Below, piece by piece: positions 39,515-49,322 of a stretch of DNA of 64,000 bases. The stretch covers positions 5,028 to 69,027 of the forward strand of contig CAZEHS010000004.1 in NCBI GenBank assembly GCA_964511875.1, read 5' to 3'. Source of the DNA: an uncultured Peptostreptococcaceae bacterium. Lineage in GTDB: Bacteria > Bacillota > Clostridia > Peptostreptococcales > Acidaminobacteraceae. How positions within the stretch are numbered: the first letter of the stretch is position 1; the number at the start of each line of letters is the position of its first letter. The position numbers were made by a program, and so were the translations under genes. Under the pieces are notes generated by a model. It saw only the letters and a program-made list of their open reading frames with translations, had not been told where the DNA came from and ran no database searches.

Positions 39515-40189
39515 ATGAATATTAACGGTATGGAAAATATTTCGTTGGTGATATTTGATATGGATGGGTTGATGTTCGACACAGAGCGACTTTCCTTGAG
39601 TGCCTGGATCCGTGCGGGGATGGTATTTGGTTATCAGATTGACACATCAGTGATCATGAAGGGTATTGGAATGAATGCAAAGGGTTCTGAGCGCATATTC
39701 AAGGAACACTTTGGGGAGGCATTCCCATTGGAGCGCATCCGGATGTTGAAATCTGATTATGTTTCAGAGGAAATCGAGTTGAACGGTGTTCCTGTGAAGT
39801 CCGGCCTCTATGAATTGCTTACGTACTTGGAAGATCATGAGTTCAAAAAAGCTGTAGCCACTTCAACATCAAGGGCTATGGCAGAGCGCTTGCTGGAATC
39901 TGCCGGAATTCTCGATCGTTTCGATGTCATTGTATGTGGAGATGAAGTATCTGAAGGCAAGCCGGATCCGGAAATATTCAGAACTGCAGCGAGAAAGTCT
40001 TGGTGCAAACCTGAGGCCTGCATCGTTTTGGAGGACTCTGCTAATGGCATCCTGGCCGCATCCAGGGCGAAGATGATTCCTTTCCTGGTTCCGGATCTGA
40101 AGAAACCCTCTAATGAAATTCAGAAACTTGCATATAATACATTTGAATCCCTAAATGAAGTAAAAGCTTACCTATGTGACTGTTTATAG
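39515..40189 (+). CDS. HAD-superfamily hydrolase (beta-phosphoglucomutase/sugar-phosphatase type)
   Basis: IFDMDGLMFDTE motif I, ATST motif II, GKPDPEIF and EDSANG motifs. Confidence 0.8.
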   Translation: MNINGMENISLVIFDMDGLMFDTERLSLSAWIRAGMVFGYQIDTSVIMKGIGMNAKGSERIFKEHFGEAFPLERIRMLKSDYVSEEIELNGVPVKSGLYELLTYLEDHEFKKAVATSTSRAMAERLLESAGILDRFDVIVCGDEVSEGKPDPEIFRTAARKSWCKPEACIVLEDSANGILAASRAKMIPFLVPDLKKPSNEIQKLAYNTFESLNEVKAYLCDCL

Positions 40190-40220
40190 TATCCCTTGCC
40201 CCCCATTTTTCTATTTAATT

Positions 40221-40271
40221 AAGGAGCTGTCCTCAAAAACCGATTTGCACTGGTTTTGAGGACAGCTCCTT
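40221..40271. terminator. Long perfect hairpin between convergent genes
   Basis: AAGGAGCTGTCCTCAAAACC / GGTTTTGAGGACAGCTCCTT, a 20-bp stem. Confidence 0.65.
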
Positions 40272-40530
40272 AAATTATTTATACTTTAGAAAGAAATTAT
40301 GGGTATCTAGTAGGTTGGTAAACTAGGTACTATCCCAGCCCAAATCAATTATATGAATTTCATGGAGTGCTGATGCCACATTCGTTCCAAGCTGTAAGCT
40401 GTACTTGCAATTATTGCAGCCCTGATTTTCTCTCTATCATGAAAATGCTATACTGAAAAGGTAATGATCAACAGAAACAAACGCCTCTAGCAACTGCTGG
40501 CGGCGTTTGTTCTATTAATAAACTGGATAT

Positions 40531-41619
40531 TCATACTATTTCATATTGAATTTTCTCTATCCGCAAATCACTTTCTTTTGTAAGGTCGATTGGAGTGTTA
40601 AGCAAGACCTTAGTGGTGTGATCGATAGGTATCACAATCGGCCGCATTGGGTCGCTCTCCTGTACGGTTGCCACTAATGCAGTTCTCTTATCACTGAGTG
40701 TCACAAGACAACCTTCCGGGTAAGGCATGATTTTTCTAATGAATAGATCTACCAATTTGGAATCCAGTTGTTTACCGCTCGCCGAAATCATGTGCTGCAA
40801 TGCTTCATTCGGCGATATAGCACGGCTATATGACCGGTCTGATGTTATGGCATCGTAGATGTCTGCAACTGCAACAATCCGGGTAAGTTGATGAATTTCA
40901 TGATTAACCAGATTCCTGGGATATCCGCTGCCATCCATTTTTTCATGGTGCTCTAAAACAATGATTTTCATAAAGGCAGTGGCAAAGGAGAAATCCTTGA
41001 AAATTTCGTATCCTTTCTTCGGATGTTCTTTTATTTTTATGAATTCCTGAATATCCAGTTTCCCATTTTTCATAAAGACATTTTCATTGATAAAGTTCAT
41101 GCCGATATCGTGAAATAATGCACCCAAGAAGACATCACGCTGGCGGTTTCGATCCAGGCCCGCATCAATTCCTAACAGGAGTGACAGGACGGCTACATTC
41201 AAAGAGTGAGAAACCGTATAACTTTCACGGATTTTAATGTCCGTAAAACTCAGGTATTGACGAGTTGTACGGATGATTTCATATTGTATATGTTCCGCTA
41301 ACTCCAGAATTCTATTTAGTGGCTTCAATACACTTTCATGGACATTATTCCCCGACTCATGACGCAATCGGATGATATCATACATATTCTTCAGTTCTCG
41401 GGTGATCTCTATCTTCAGATCGGTTGATATCGGAGGTGTTAACTGATTATGACTGTATCGGTCATTGACATACACCGAAAACACACCGGCATTTTTAAGT
41501 TGCGACACAATTCGATCCGATACCGATAAGCCTTTTTTTACAAGAATTCGGCCAAAGTGATCATAAACATCTTCCGCTAAATGTAGAGTAACGGCATATT
41601 CAATCGGAACGATTCGCAT
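40531..41619 (-). CDS. HD-GYP domain protein (putative c-di-GMP phosphodiesterase)
   Basis: ALFHDIGM (HD) and LEHHEKMDGSGYP (GYP) motifs. GGAGG RBS. Confidence 0.85.
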   Translation of the reverse strand: MRIVPIEYAVTLHLAEDVYDHFGRILVKKGLSVSDRIVSQLKNAGVFSVYVNDRYSHNQLTPPISTDLKIEITRELKNMYDIIRLRHESGNNVHESVLKPLNRILELAEHIQYEIIRTTRQYLSFTDIKIRESYTVSHSLNVAVLSLLLGIDAGLDRNRQRDVFLGALFHDIGMNFINENVFMKNGKLDIQEFIKIKEHPKKGYEIFKDFSFATAFMKIIVLEHHEKMDGSGYPRNLVNHEIHQLTRIVAVADIYDAITSDRSYSRAISPNEALQHMISASGKQLDSKLVDLFIRKIMPYPEGCLVTLSDKRTALVATVQESDPMRPIVIPIDHTTKVLLNTPIDLTKESDLRIEKIQYEIV

Positions 41620-41639
41620 ATATAACCTCCAAATTCAAG

Positions 41640-41733
41640 ATGAAGTGAACCTTAGTTGAACGGATCCAGGGCCTCTACAGTTCTCCACTCCCGCTTACGA
41701 GGCGGGAGTGGAGAACTGTTAGGCATCGGATAA
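41640..41733 (+). repeat. Structured repeat family, copy B (94 nt; lacks hairpin 1)
   Basis: ATGAAGTGAACCTT|AGTTGAACGGATCCAGGGCC... Hairpin 2 is a perfect 17-bp stem, CAGTTCTCCACTCCCGC/GCGGGAGTGGAGAACTG. Confidence 0.9.
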
Positions 41734-41756
41734 ATAAAAAAACAGGCCTAGGCCTG
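41734..41756 (-). terminator. Intrinsic terminator abutting repeat copy B
   Basis: CAGGCC-TA-GGCCTG followed on the minus strand by TTTTTTTATTT. Confidence 0.6.
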
Positions 41757-42013
41757 TCATCAAAACAATCTTATTAAATAACGACCAGCAGCTTGGCAAT
41801 CATAGATACTAATATCCGTAGACCCATAGCTTTGCGTCCCAACTTTTCAGATGGTTTGCCAATATGCAGTTGTTTGTTGTCTTAATGATACCACAATGGA
41901 GATATTATTAGAATGCCCTCGAAGAGCATGGAGCCATTGTGATTGAGTTGTGTTAAAGCTACTTATGAATAAGACTTGAAAAACACGTTCATTTTGTGAC
42001 AGAATGAATTGGA

Positions 42014-42427
42014 TTGTTAGTTTGCAATACTGTCCGGCTGAGTATAGAAATATTGATTATGCAATTCGTTGATATGGGAGGAATTATGGAAAAATGGGCC
42101 TCGTTTCATCATGATAAGCTTGATGGAACCGGATATCCATTCCGACTGGATGAATCAAAAATTGGAATTGGCGCTCGGATTCTGGCAGTGGCGGATGTGT
42201 TTACAGCATTGTCGGAAGATCGCCCTTACCGTAAAGCGATCTCAAAAGATAAATTGATGGAAATAATGGGGAATATGGTTGAGACACGCTGTTTGGATAA
42301 ACATGTAGTTAATAATTTGATGCAGAATTATGATGATGTAATGAACTATGTCCAGGAATTCAAAAATAGTGATGGAAGAAATTACAAAGACATATATCAG
42401 AAGTATTTAAAAGTAAAGCAGATATGA
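42014..42427 (+). pseudogene. 5'-truncated HD-GYP fragment
   Basis: FHHDKLDGTGYPFRL...ILAVADVFTALSEDRPYRKA. No HD motif or credible N-terminus upstream. Confidence 0.6.
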
Positions 42428-42463
42428 GGAGTAGGAGGCTTCAGGTTCAAAAAGGAGAGCCAA

Positions 42464-44485
42464 ATGTCAAGAAAACGAACGGAAAAAATTGCAGCATTTA
42501 TCATTCTGCTCATTCTTATGTCAGCAGTTGTGTATTCAATTGCTATCTTGAATAGGGATTTTGCAAGTGATAATCAAAATTTGAAAGTCAATCTGAGTGA
42601 TGAAGAGCGTATTTGGTTGTCCTCACAGGAGAGTCTGCTATACTCAGCCGATCGGAATGCCCCGCCCTTGCGATTTGTTGATGATGCAGATGGTCAGTAT
42701 AAAGGTTTTGTTGTCGACTATATCAATTCTCTCTCATTAGAATTAGGCACAAATATCGAAATGCACCCCATGGTCTGGGAGGATGCTCTAAAGTCATTAT
42801 CTGAAGGCAATTCCGATCTCTGCGATATGTTTAAGAGTGAAGAACGTTCCAAATATTACAATTTCTCAGAGCCAATCTATACCCTTCGGGGAGTACTGGC
42901 TGTTAAGAAAGCAAACACGGAAATCAAGAATATCAAGGATCTGGATGGAAAGGTCATCGCAACTCAAAAGGGTGACTACGTTAATGAGTTTCTTAGGACT
43001 AAGTATCCGGGCATTAAGATCCGAGAAGTAGAAGATGTCAGTGAGGCCATCACACTGCTCCAATCAGGGCTTGCCGACGCTATTGCTGGCGATGAACCGG
43101 TGGTCCTGTTCCATCTTGAGAAGCAGAATTCGGAGCAAGCCATAAGGATAGTTGAACGCCCCTTATATGAAAATGAAGTTGTTCTTGCGATGCCAAAAGG
43201 CAAGCCACAACTAGTCAGTATCGTGAACAAAGGGATTGAGGTTCTCAAAGCTAAGAAGCAACTGGAAATAATCCAGCAGAAGTGGTTCGGAATCTCCACA
43301 CCGATTGTTCAGACAGGTGAAGTTGAAAGGATCATTCGGATAGCCCTGACGGGTGCATTCATTCTTCTGTGCGGATTGTCAGCAATGGGGTTCTGGACAA
43401 CGACATTGAAAAGACAGGTAGAACTGCGGACAAAGGAAATTGAAAACAACAAGGATGAACTGGAGACCGTTTTTGACAGCATGAATGAATTTTTGGTCGT
43501 GGTGAATGAAAAGAAGGAAATCCTTAACGTCAACAAAGCGCTGTGCGAGGCAGTGAATAGTGATCGGGAAGATCTGATTGGAACAAACTGCGAGGGTGTC
43601 TTAAGCAAGTACTGCAAAAACTGTTCATTATGTCCGGTGGATCAAACTGCCGAGACAACTGAATATGCTGGCCATGAAGAGACCGTGGGGAACGAGGTCT
43701 ACGCAATTCGCTCATACCCTCTCAAAACAGCGCAGGGTATGATGAAGAACGCATTGATCATCATACAGAATGTTACCAGTGATAAGATTTCTAAGAATCA
43801 GATGCTGCAGGCCAACAAAATGGTTGCGGTCGGTCAGCTGGCAGCGGGTGTGGCCCATGAAATCCGAAATCCACTGGGAATCATCCGGAGTCACAGCTAC
43901 ATCTTGAGGTCGATATATGAGAATGACGAGCGTATCGTCAAGTCGCTGAACTATATTGATTCCTCGGTAGAGCGGGCAGGCAGCATCATTGACAACCTCC
44001 TGAATTTCTCCAGGATTTCAGAGAAAACATCGGATGTGATTCAGGTCAAAAGGTTTGTCCTCGATGTGATTGAACTGGAGAAAAAGCACCTTCAAAATAG
44101 AAATATTGAATGCGAAGTGCATTGCGCCGATGATCTGATCTGCAAAGTCAGTCCGGAATCATTGAAACATATTTTCATCAACCTGATTTCTAATGCAGCA
44201 GACGCTATCGGACAATCCGGACGGATCAGCATCGAAATGATGACGAAGAATGATCGCCTACACCTTGTTCTCAGCGATACCGGAATGGGAATCCCGGCAG
44301 AGAATCTTGAGAGAATATTCAATCCGTTCTTCACGACAAAGGAACCGGGTGTTGGAACTGGATTAGGCCTTTATATCGTATACAGTGAGGTCAAGAAAAT
44401 GAATGGTGAGATTCATGCAGAGAGTGTATTAGGGGAAGGGACGACATTTACTCTGGACATCCCGCAGTATGGAGGCATCGTATGA
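42464..44485 (+). CDS. Sensor histidine kinase: periplasmic SBP_bac_3 domain, TM, Cys-rich PAS, HisKA, HATPase
   Basis: Amino-acid-binding-protein-like segment [21 protein letters not shown]-box [12 protein letters not shown]-boxes DTGMGI and GTGLGL. Confidence 0.85.
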   Translation: MSRKRTEKIAAFIILLILMSAVVYSIAILNRDFASDNQNLKVNLSDEERIWLSSQESLLYSADRNAPPLRFVDDADGQYKGFVVDYINSLSLELGTNIEMHPMVWEDALKSLSEGNSDLCDMFKSEERSKYYNFSEPIYTLRGVLAVKKANTEIKNIKDLDGKVIATQKGDYVNEFLRTKYPGIKIREVEDVSEAITLLQSGLADAIAGDEPVVLFHLEKQNSEQAIRIVERPLYENEVVLAMPKGKPQLVSIVNKGIEVLKAKKQLEIIQQKWFGISTPIVQTGEVERIIRIALTGAFILLCGLSAMGFWTTTLKRQVELRTKEIENNKDELETVFDSMNEFLVVVNEKKEILNVNKALCEAVNSDREDLIGTNCEGVLSKYCKNCSLCPVDQTAETTEYAGHEETVGNEVYAIRSYPLKTAQGMMKNALIIIQNVTSDKISKNQMLQANKMVAVGQLAAGVAHEIRNPLGIIRSHSYILRSIYENDERIVKSLNYIDSSVERAGSIIDNLLNFSRISEKTSDVIQVKRFVLDVIELEKKHLQNRNIECEVHCADDLICKVSPESLKHIFINLISNAADAIGQSGRISIEMMTKNDRLHLVLSDTGMGIPAENLERIFNPFFTTKEPGVGTGLGLYIVYSEVKKMNGEIHAESVLGEGTTFTLDIPQYGGIV

Positions 44486-45849
44486 AGGATTCATTAAAAA
44501 TTCTCATTGTTGACGATGAGCAGGATCACCGTGAAACCTTCCGCATGATCCTTGAAGCGAAGGGGTACCAGGTTGGTGAAGCGGCAAGCGGGAAAGAGGC
44601 GCTGGATCTTCTGGACAAGGAATATTTCCCAATTGTATTGTCAGACATCATGATGGTGGGAATGAGCGGACTCGAGCTTTTGGATGAGGTGATGAAGCTC
44701 TATAAAGGTCGGATTGAAATGATCATGGTAACCGGTTACGGCAGTGTAGAAACGGCGGTAAAGGCATTGAAAAATGGGGCATTCGGATACTTTATCAAAA
44801 CACGGAGTCCGGATGAACTGCTGATAGAAATTGAAAAGGCGCATAAGTTCCTGAATTTACAGGCTCAGAACGCTTTTTTGAAGCAGAATCAAGGCAGTAG
44901 CAGATTCCTGCTGCAGAGCAAGAATAGAAAAATGCAGGACATCCTTGATGTGGCACAAACGGTTGCGAAAAGCAAATCGAATGTGTTGCTTTTGGGCGAA
45001 TCCGGTGTCGGGAAAGAGGTTATTGCCCAAATGATTCATAAAAGCAGCGAGCGGGCTGATATGCCTTTTGTTGCGATCAATTGTCAGTTCTTTTCTGAAA
45101 GTCTTATGGAGTCAGAGCTCTTTGGCCATGAAAAGGGTGCATTCACCGGAGCCATGGGAAAAAGAATCGGACGATTTGAGGAGGCCAGCGGCGGGACTGT
45201 TTTTCTGGATGAGATCGGCGAAATGGCTTTGAGCACACAGGTTAAGCTTCTCAGGGTTCTCGAAAACAGAAAAATTGAACGAATCGGATCAAACAAGGAA
45301 ATCTCGGTGGACTTCAGATTGATCAGCGCCACAAATAAAAATCTGAAACAGGCAATCCGAGAGAGTGCTTTTAGAGAAGACCTTAACTACCGAATCAATA
45401 CGATTACGTTGGAAATTCCTCCTCTAAGGGATCGGTCAGAGGATATTCCGGATATGATTGATTTCTTCATGAGCCTATACAGTGCAGAGTTAAAAAAGAA
45501 CCTCATCGGAATGGATGAATCCACAAGAAAGTATCTTTTGAACTATGATTACCCCGGGAATATCAGAGAGCTGAAGAACATGATCGAGCGTATGGCTGTG
45601 TTGACCTCAGACGGGTATTTGAGAATGGAAAACAACAGCGAGCGTACGAAACCGATTTTGGCAGCCAGACAGACGGGAGATCGGGGTTCTTACAAAGATG
45701 CCAAACGGGAGTTTGAAACAAGCTACATCCGCAATGTCCTTGAACAAACAGAAAACAACATTACAAAAGCAGCTGAAATAATGGAGATCAGCCGAAGGCA
45801 GCTCTTTAATAAATTGGTTGAACTCAATCTGCGACCCAATATTGAATAA
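44482..45849 (+). CDS. Sigma-54-dependent response regulator (NtrC family)
   Basis: REC domain (LIVDDE, SDIMM). AAA+ module [14 protein letters not shown] loop, [16 protein letters not shown]-terminal Fis-type HTH. Confidence 0.9.
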   Translation: MKDSLKILIVDDEQDHRETFRMILEAKGYQVGEAASGKEALDLLDKEYFPIVLSDIMMVGMSGLELLDEVMKLYKGRIEMIMVTGYGSVETAVKALKNGAFGYFIKTRSPDELLIEIEKAHKFLNLQAQNAFLKQNQGSSRFLLQSKNRKMQDILDVAQTVAKSKSNVLLLGESGVGKEVIAQMIHKSSERADMPFVAINCQFFSESLMESELFGHEKGAFTGAMGKRIGRFEEASGGTVFLDEIGEMALSTQVKLLRVLENRKIERIGSNKEISVDFRLISATNKNLKQAIRESAFREDLNYRINTITLEIPPLRDRSEDIPDMIDFFMSLYSAELKKNLIGMDESTRKYLLNYDYPGNIRELKNMIERMAVLTSDGYLRMENNSERTKPILAARQTGDRGSYKDAKREFETSYIRNVLEQTENNITKAAEIMEISRRQLFNKLVELNLRPNIE

Positions 45850-45852
45850 TGA

Positions 45853-45864
45853 TTCCACGTGGAA
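45853..45864. promoter_or_regulatory. Putative enhancer (UAS) palindrome TTCCACGTGGAA
   Basis: Perfect 12-nt palindrome 64 nt upstream of the sigma-54 -24 element. A near-identical TTCCAGGTGGAA lies at 49508-49519. Partial TTCCAGGT at 45871-45878. Confidence 0.5.
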
Positions 45865-45928
45865 AAATAGTTCCAGGTACAAAACAGACCAACAGTTCAT
45901 TTCACTGCATTACAGGGAAATGAATTGT

Positions 45929-45944
45929 TGGCATTTTTTTTGCA
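45929..45944 (+). promoter_or_regulatory. Sigma-54 promoter (-24/-12) of ortAB
   Basis: TGGCAT-N5-TTGCA with GG/GC spaced 12 nt, 55 nt upstream of the ortA GTG. Confidence 0.8.
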
Positions 45945-45999
45945 ATAAAAAGAGTAGGATGTCGTCAAAGACTCTTGCAAACCATAAGGAGGAAAGCGT

Positions 46000-46317
46000 G
46001 TGAAAGCAGCCAAAAATGAATGGGTCGAAATCGAGTGTATGATTCTTAAACCGTCAGAGCGGGCACCACAAGTTCCCGAAGATACCAAACTGACACCCTT
46101 GATGATGTGGGTGAAAGGATTTCTAATGAGCGAGGCTTCAAACCTGGGTGAAACAGTCACGATCAAGACCCTCACTGGCAGGACGCAAGAAGGCAAGCTT
46201 GTGAGCATCCAACCCCGACACGTGCACGACTATGGCAAACCGATCACGGAGTTATTTGAAATCGGTGTTGAGATCAGAAATGAACTGAATCAAGATGGAG
46301 GACCTGTTAATGAATAA
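46000..46317 (+). CDS. ortA: 2-amino-4-ketopentanoate thiolase alpha subunit
   Basis: About 100-aa protein with SERAPQVPEDTK...MWVKGFL...TLTGR...DYGKP, as recalled for OrtA. AAGGAGG RBS with GTG start. Followed by the beta subunit. Confidence 0.7.
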   Translation: MKAAKNEWVEIECMILKPSERAPQVPEDTKLTPLMMWVKGFLMSEASNLGETVTIKTLTGRTQEGKLVSIQPRHVHDYGKPITELFEIGVEIRNELNQDGGPVNE

Positions 46318-47716
46318 TTCTTACGAAGCAGTCATGGCAAGAAAAAATGAAATAATGCGAAAAGCGGTCGGAATTGATTACTCGGAATTTGAATATGGGG
46401 AACTAGGTTTTGATTATGAAAAAATGATGCGGCAGGTAGCCTACTCCATCGATGAAATGCAGAAGATCCAGGGCGAGACGAAGGTTGGTAACACGCCTCT
46501 TTTTGAATTGAAGAACATCAACCGCATGATCAAGAAATACGCGCCTCATGGAAAGGGAGCACGGATATTCGTTAAAGATGAAGCCGCCAACGCTTCAGGT
46601 TCATTCAAAGCACGCCGGGCCTCCATAGCGGTCTATCACGCACAGAAGCTGGGGTACAAGGGCGTTATTGCAGCAACCAGCGGGAATTACGGGGCAGCTG
46701 TTGCATCACAGGCAGCCCAGCGGGGGATGAAGTGCATCATCGTCCAGGAAGTCTTCGATTCATCCAAAACGGGGCAACCGGAAATCCTTGAAAAGGCCAG
46801 AAAGTGTGAAGCTTACGGTGCCGAAGTGGTCCAGCTGACCGTTGGACCAGAGCTGTTCTATGTGTTCCTCAGACTGCTTGAAGACACAGGGTATTTCAAT
46901 GCATCACTCTACACGCCATTTGGAATCGCAGGCGTTGAAACGTTAGGTTATGAATTGGCCAACCAGTTCATGGAGAGAGAAGGGGTGTACCCGGATGTTG
47001 TTGTTGCGACCCACGCAGGCGGTGGGAACCTTACGGGTACGGCAAGGGGGCTGATTAAGGCTGGTGCGACCGACACAAAGGTTGTGGGTGCTTCTGTGGA
47101 CCTGTCTGGGCTTCATATGGCATCAGATAAGGACTTCAATAAGAAATCGTTTACAACCGGTCATACGGGGTTTGGTGTCCCATTTGCATCATGGCCGGAT
47201 CGTGCGGATGTGCCTAGGAATGCCGCCCGTGTACTCAGGTACATGGACCGGTACGTCACGGTTACACAAGGTGATGTATTTTATGTGACAGAATTGTTGG
47301 CGCAATTGGAAGGAATCGAACGAGGGCCTGCAGGCAACACATCTCTTGCAGCTGCAATCGCCATTGCCAAAGAAATGAATGACGACCAAACCATCGTAGT
47401 TCAGGAAACGGAATATACCGGAGCTGGTAAGCACCCCATGCCCCAGCTGACCTTTGCTAAGGATAATGGGATTGTGTTAAAACGAGGCAATCCTGAGCTG
47501 AGCATACCTGGAGTGAATATCATTCTGCCGGAACACTTCAGTCAGATCCAGGTGAACGATATCGATGTTCTGAAGCTGAAGAAATCTTATCTGAAGCATG
47601 CGATGGCGTCCAAATCCCTTACCAAAATTGAAGACAATGATCTGTCGTTCCTGGCGGAGGATACCCGGTTAAATAAGGCTGAAGTCGGCAACATACTAAA
47701 AGAACTCGGATACTAA
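46310..47716 (+). CDS. ortB: 2-amino-4-ketopentanoate thiolase beta subunit (PLP, fold type II)
   Basis: GNTPL...KDEAANASGSFKARRA PLP-lysine region and TSGNYGAA. About 470 aa. GGAGGA RBS before the ATG at 46310. Confidence 0.7.
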   Translation: MNNSYEAVMARKNEIMRKAVGIDYSEFEYGELGFDYEKMMRQVAYSIDEMQKIQGETKVGNTPLFELKNINRMIKKYAPHGKGARIFVKDEAANASGSFKARRASIAVYHAQKLGYKGVIAATSGNYGAAVASQAAQRGMKCIIVQEVFDSSKTGQPEILEKARKCEAYGAEVVQLTVGPELFYVFLRLLEDTGYFNASLYTPFGIAGVETLGYELANQFMEREGVYPDVVVATHAGGGNLTGTARGLIKAGATDTKVVGASVDLSGLHMASDKDFNKKSFTTGHTGFGVPFASWPDRADVPRNAARVLRYMDRYVTVTQGDVFYVTELLAQLEGIERGPAGNTSLAAAIAIAKEMNDDQTIVVQETEYTGAGKHPMPQLTFAKDNGIVLKRGNPELSIPGVNIILPEHFSQIQVNDIDVLKLKKSYLKHAMASKSLTKIEDNDLSFLAEDTRLNKAEVGNILKELGY

Positions 47717-47724
47717 ACAACAAG

Positions 47725-47750
47725 AGGGCTCCCCAGAATCAGGGAGCCCT
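47725..47750. terminator. Hairpin between convergent ortB and the NhaC-like gene
   Basis: AGGGCTCCC-N8-GGGAGCCCT. Confidence 0.6.
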
Positions 47751-47784
47751 TCTTGTCGTTCAAAATGGTGAGACGTTTTTCCGG

Positions 47785-49227
47785 TTAAGATACTTGGTCC
47801 TTTTTAGCGTTAACATGATCCATATTATCATTCCGGCCGATTCCCAGGAAGATACTGGCCAGCATAACCGCCATCATTCCATAAGCGTAGATAACGAATG
47901 GCGTAACTTCCATTGCAGCCAGCGGGTGAATAGTGTCTTTAGCAAAGCTGAGCGTGTAAATGATTGCCGGTGTCCAGGGCAGTGAATACACAAGCGTACA
48001 AGACATTGAATCAAGCAAGTTTGCAGTTCGATAAGGACTTATTCCATGTTTCAAAGACAGTGGTTTTGCAAAAGATGCACCAACTGCGAGGATTGCAGGT
48101 GCGTTCAAACCCATCAATGAGGAAAGTGCAACGATCATCCCTGTGATTGAAAGCTCGGCGCCGATAGGGGTTTTCGCAACTTTGCCCAAAGCATTCAGCA
48201 ATTTGAGATCTCCTTGTCCAGCACGCATGATTGCGATAGACCCGAAGAGCAGGATGGCCAGTATGGAGACTTGAAGCATGCTGTTGATGCCTGAATAGAT
48301 GACCCCGTCAACCGTACGATCCAGGCCAACCCCAGAGACTCGAAGGAGTGCTTTTTTAGTAACCTCTTGAGTAGGATCAATTTGGATTAAATCCATCAGA
48401 CCGGCCATGACAGCTGTGCCCCCTGCTAAGACAGACCCGATTGTCGTTGCGATTACAATGTCACCGGACTTGATAGCCACCCAAATGGTAAGTGCTACAG
48501 GAATCAGCATGAGAAGTGTAGCTGAATTGTACTGAGCTGCAGCCGCTTCCGTAATGGTCCCTGTATATCCGGAACCAATGATCACAATGCCGATAATCGT
48601 GATTATTCCAGCTGCCAGTGCGTATTTGAGCCGAGATCTTACAACGCCTGGAACATCCACCCCCTGAGAGGTCGCAGAGCAAATGGTGGTATCAGAGACA
48701 GGCGCCAGATTGTCGCCGAATGCGCCTCCCGATACAATCGCTCCTGCCAACAAACCAGGGTGTGCTCCTAGAGCAAGCCCTGCAGGATAAAGAACGCCCA
48801 TCCCTGCTGCGATGGTGCCAAATCCGGTTCCTGAAGCCGTAGCGAATATGGCGGATGCAACAAAGGAAATGATAATGAACATCGTACCACCGACGCCGAT
48901 TGAAGATGCTACTCCGGCAATCCCACCAGCGAGTCCGGAATCACGAAGGATTCTGGAAAAAACACCGGCGAAAATCCAGCAAACGACAGGGATGATTGCC
49001 TCCTTGCTGGCCATTCCGCTGATAATCGTATCGCTGAATAATTGCTTGTCCTTGGCGAAAAAGAAAGAAACGATCAGTGCCATGAATGCCGGAATCCAAA
49101 GTGCGCCATCTGAAATCGAACCAAAAAGAAATGTAGTCAAAATAATGAGAGCCAGGAATACCACAAATGGGATAAACGAAACCCATTCCCCACCGTAAAA
49201 CTCGAGCTTTTTCTTTTCTGTTGTCAT
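47785..49227 (-). CDS. NhaC-family Na+/H+ antiporter-like transporter (possibly an amino-acid carrier)
   Basis: GAFGDNLAPVSDTTI motif, multi-TM, 480 aa. GAGGAGGA RBS. Confidence 0.65.
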   Translation of the reverse strand: MTTEKKKLEFYGGEWVSFIPFVVFLALIILTTFLFGSISDGALWIPAFMALIVSFFFAKDKQLFSDTIISGMASKEAIIPVVCWIFAGVFSRILRDSGLAGGIAGVASSIGVGGTMFIIISFVASAIFATASGTGFGTIAAGMGVLYPAGLALGAHPGLLAGAIVSGGAFGDNLAPVSDTTICSATSQGVDVPGVVRSRLKYALAAGIITIIGIVIIGSGYTGTITEAAAAQYNSATLLMLIPVALTIWVAIKSGDIVIATTIGSVLAGGTAVMAGLMDLIQIDPTQEVTKKALLRVSGVGLDRTVDGVIYSGINSMLQVSILAILLFGSIAIMRAGQGDLKLLNALGKVAKTPIGAELSITGMIVALSSLMGLNAPAILAVGASFAKPLSLKHGISPYRTANLLDSMSCTLVYSLPWTPAIIYTLSFAKDTIHPLAAMEVTPFVIYAYGMMAVMLASIFLGIGRNDNMDHVNAKKDQVS

Positions 49228-49282
49228 AAAGAATCCTCCTCTTAAATTACCTAAAGCGAATTTAGGTGTTGCATATAACTAC

Positions 49283-49298
49283 TGCAACTTATATGCCA
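49283..49298 (-). promoter_or_regulatory. Sigma-54 promoter of the NhaC-like gene
   Basis: The minus strand reads TGGCAT-ATAAG-TTGCA, the same hexamer/pentamer as the ortA promoter, about 57 nt upstream of the ATG. Confidence 0.75.
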
Positions 49299-49322
49299 AA
49301 TGAGGATGAACATGAAGTGGCT

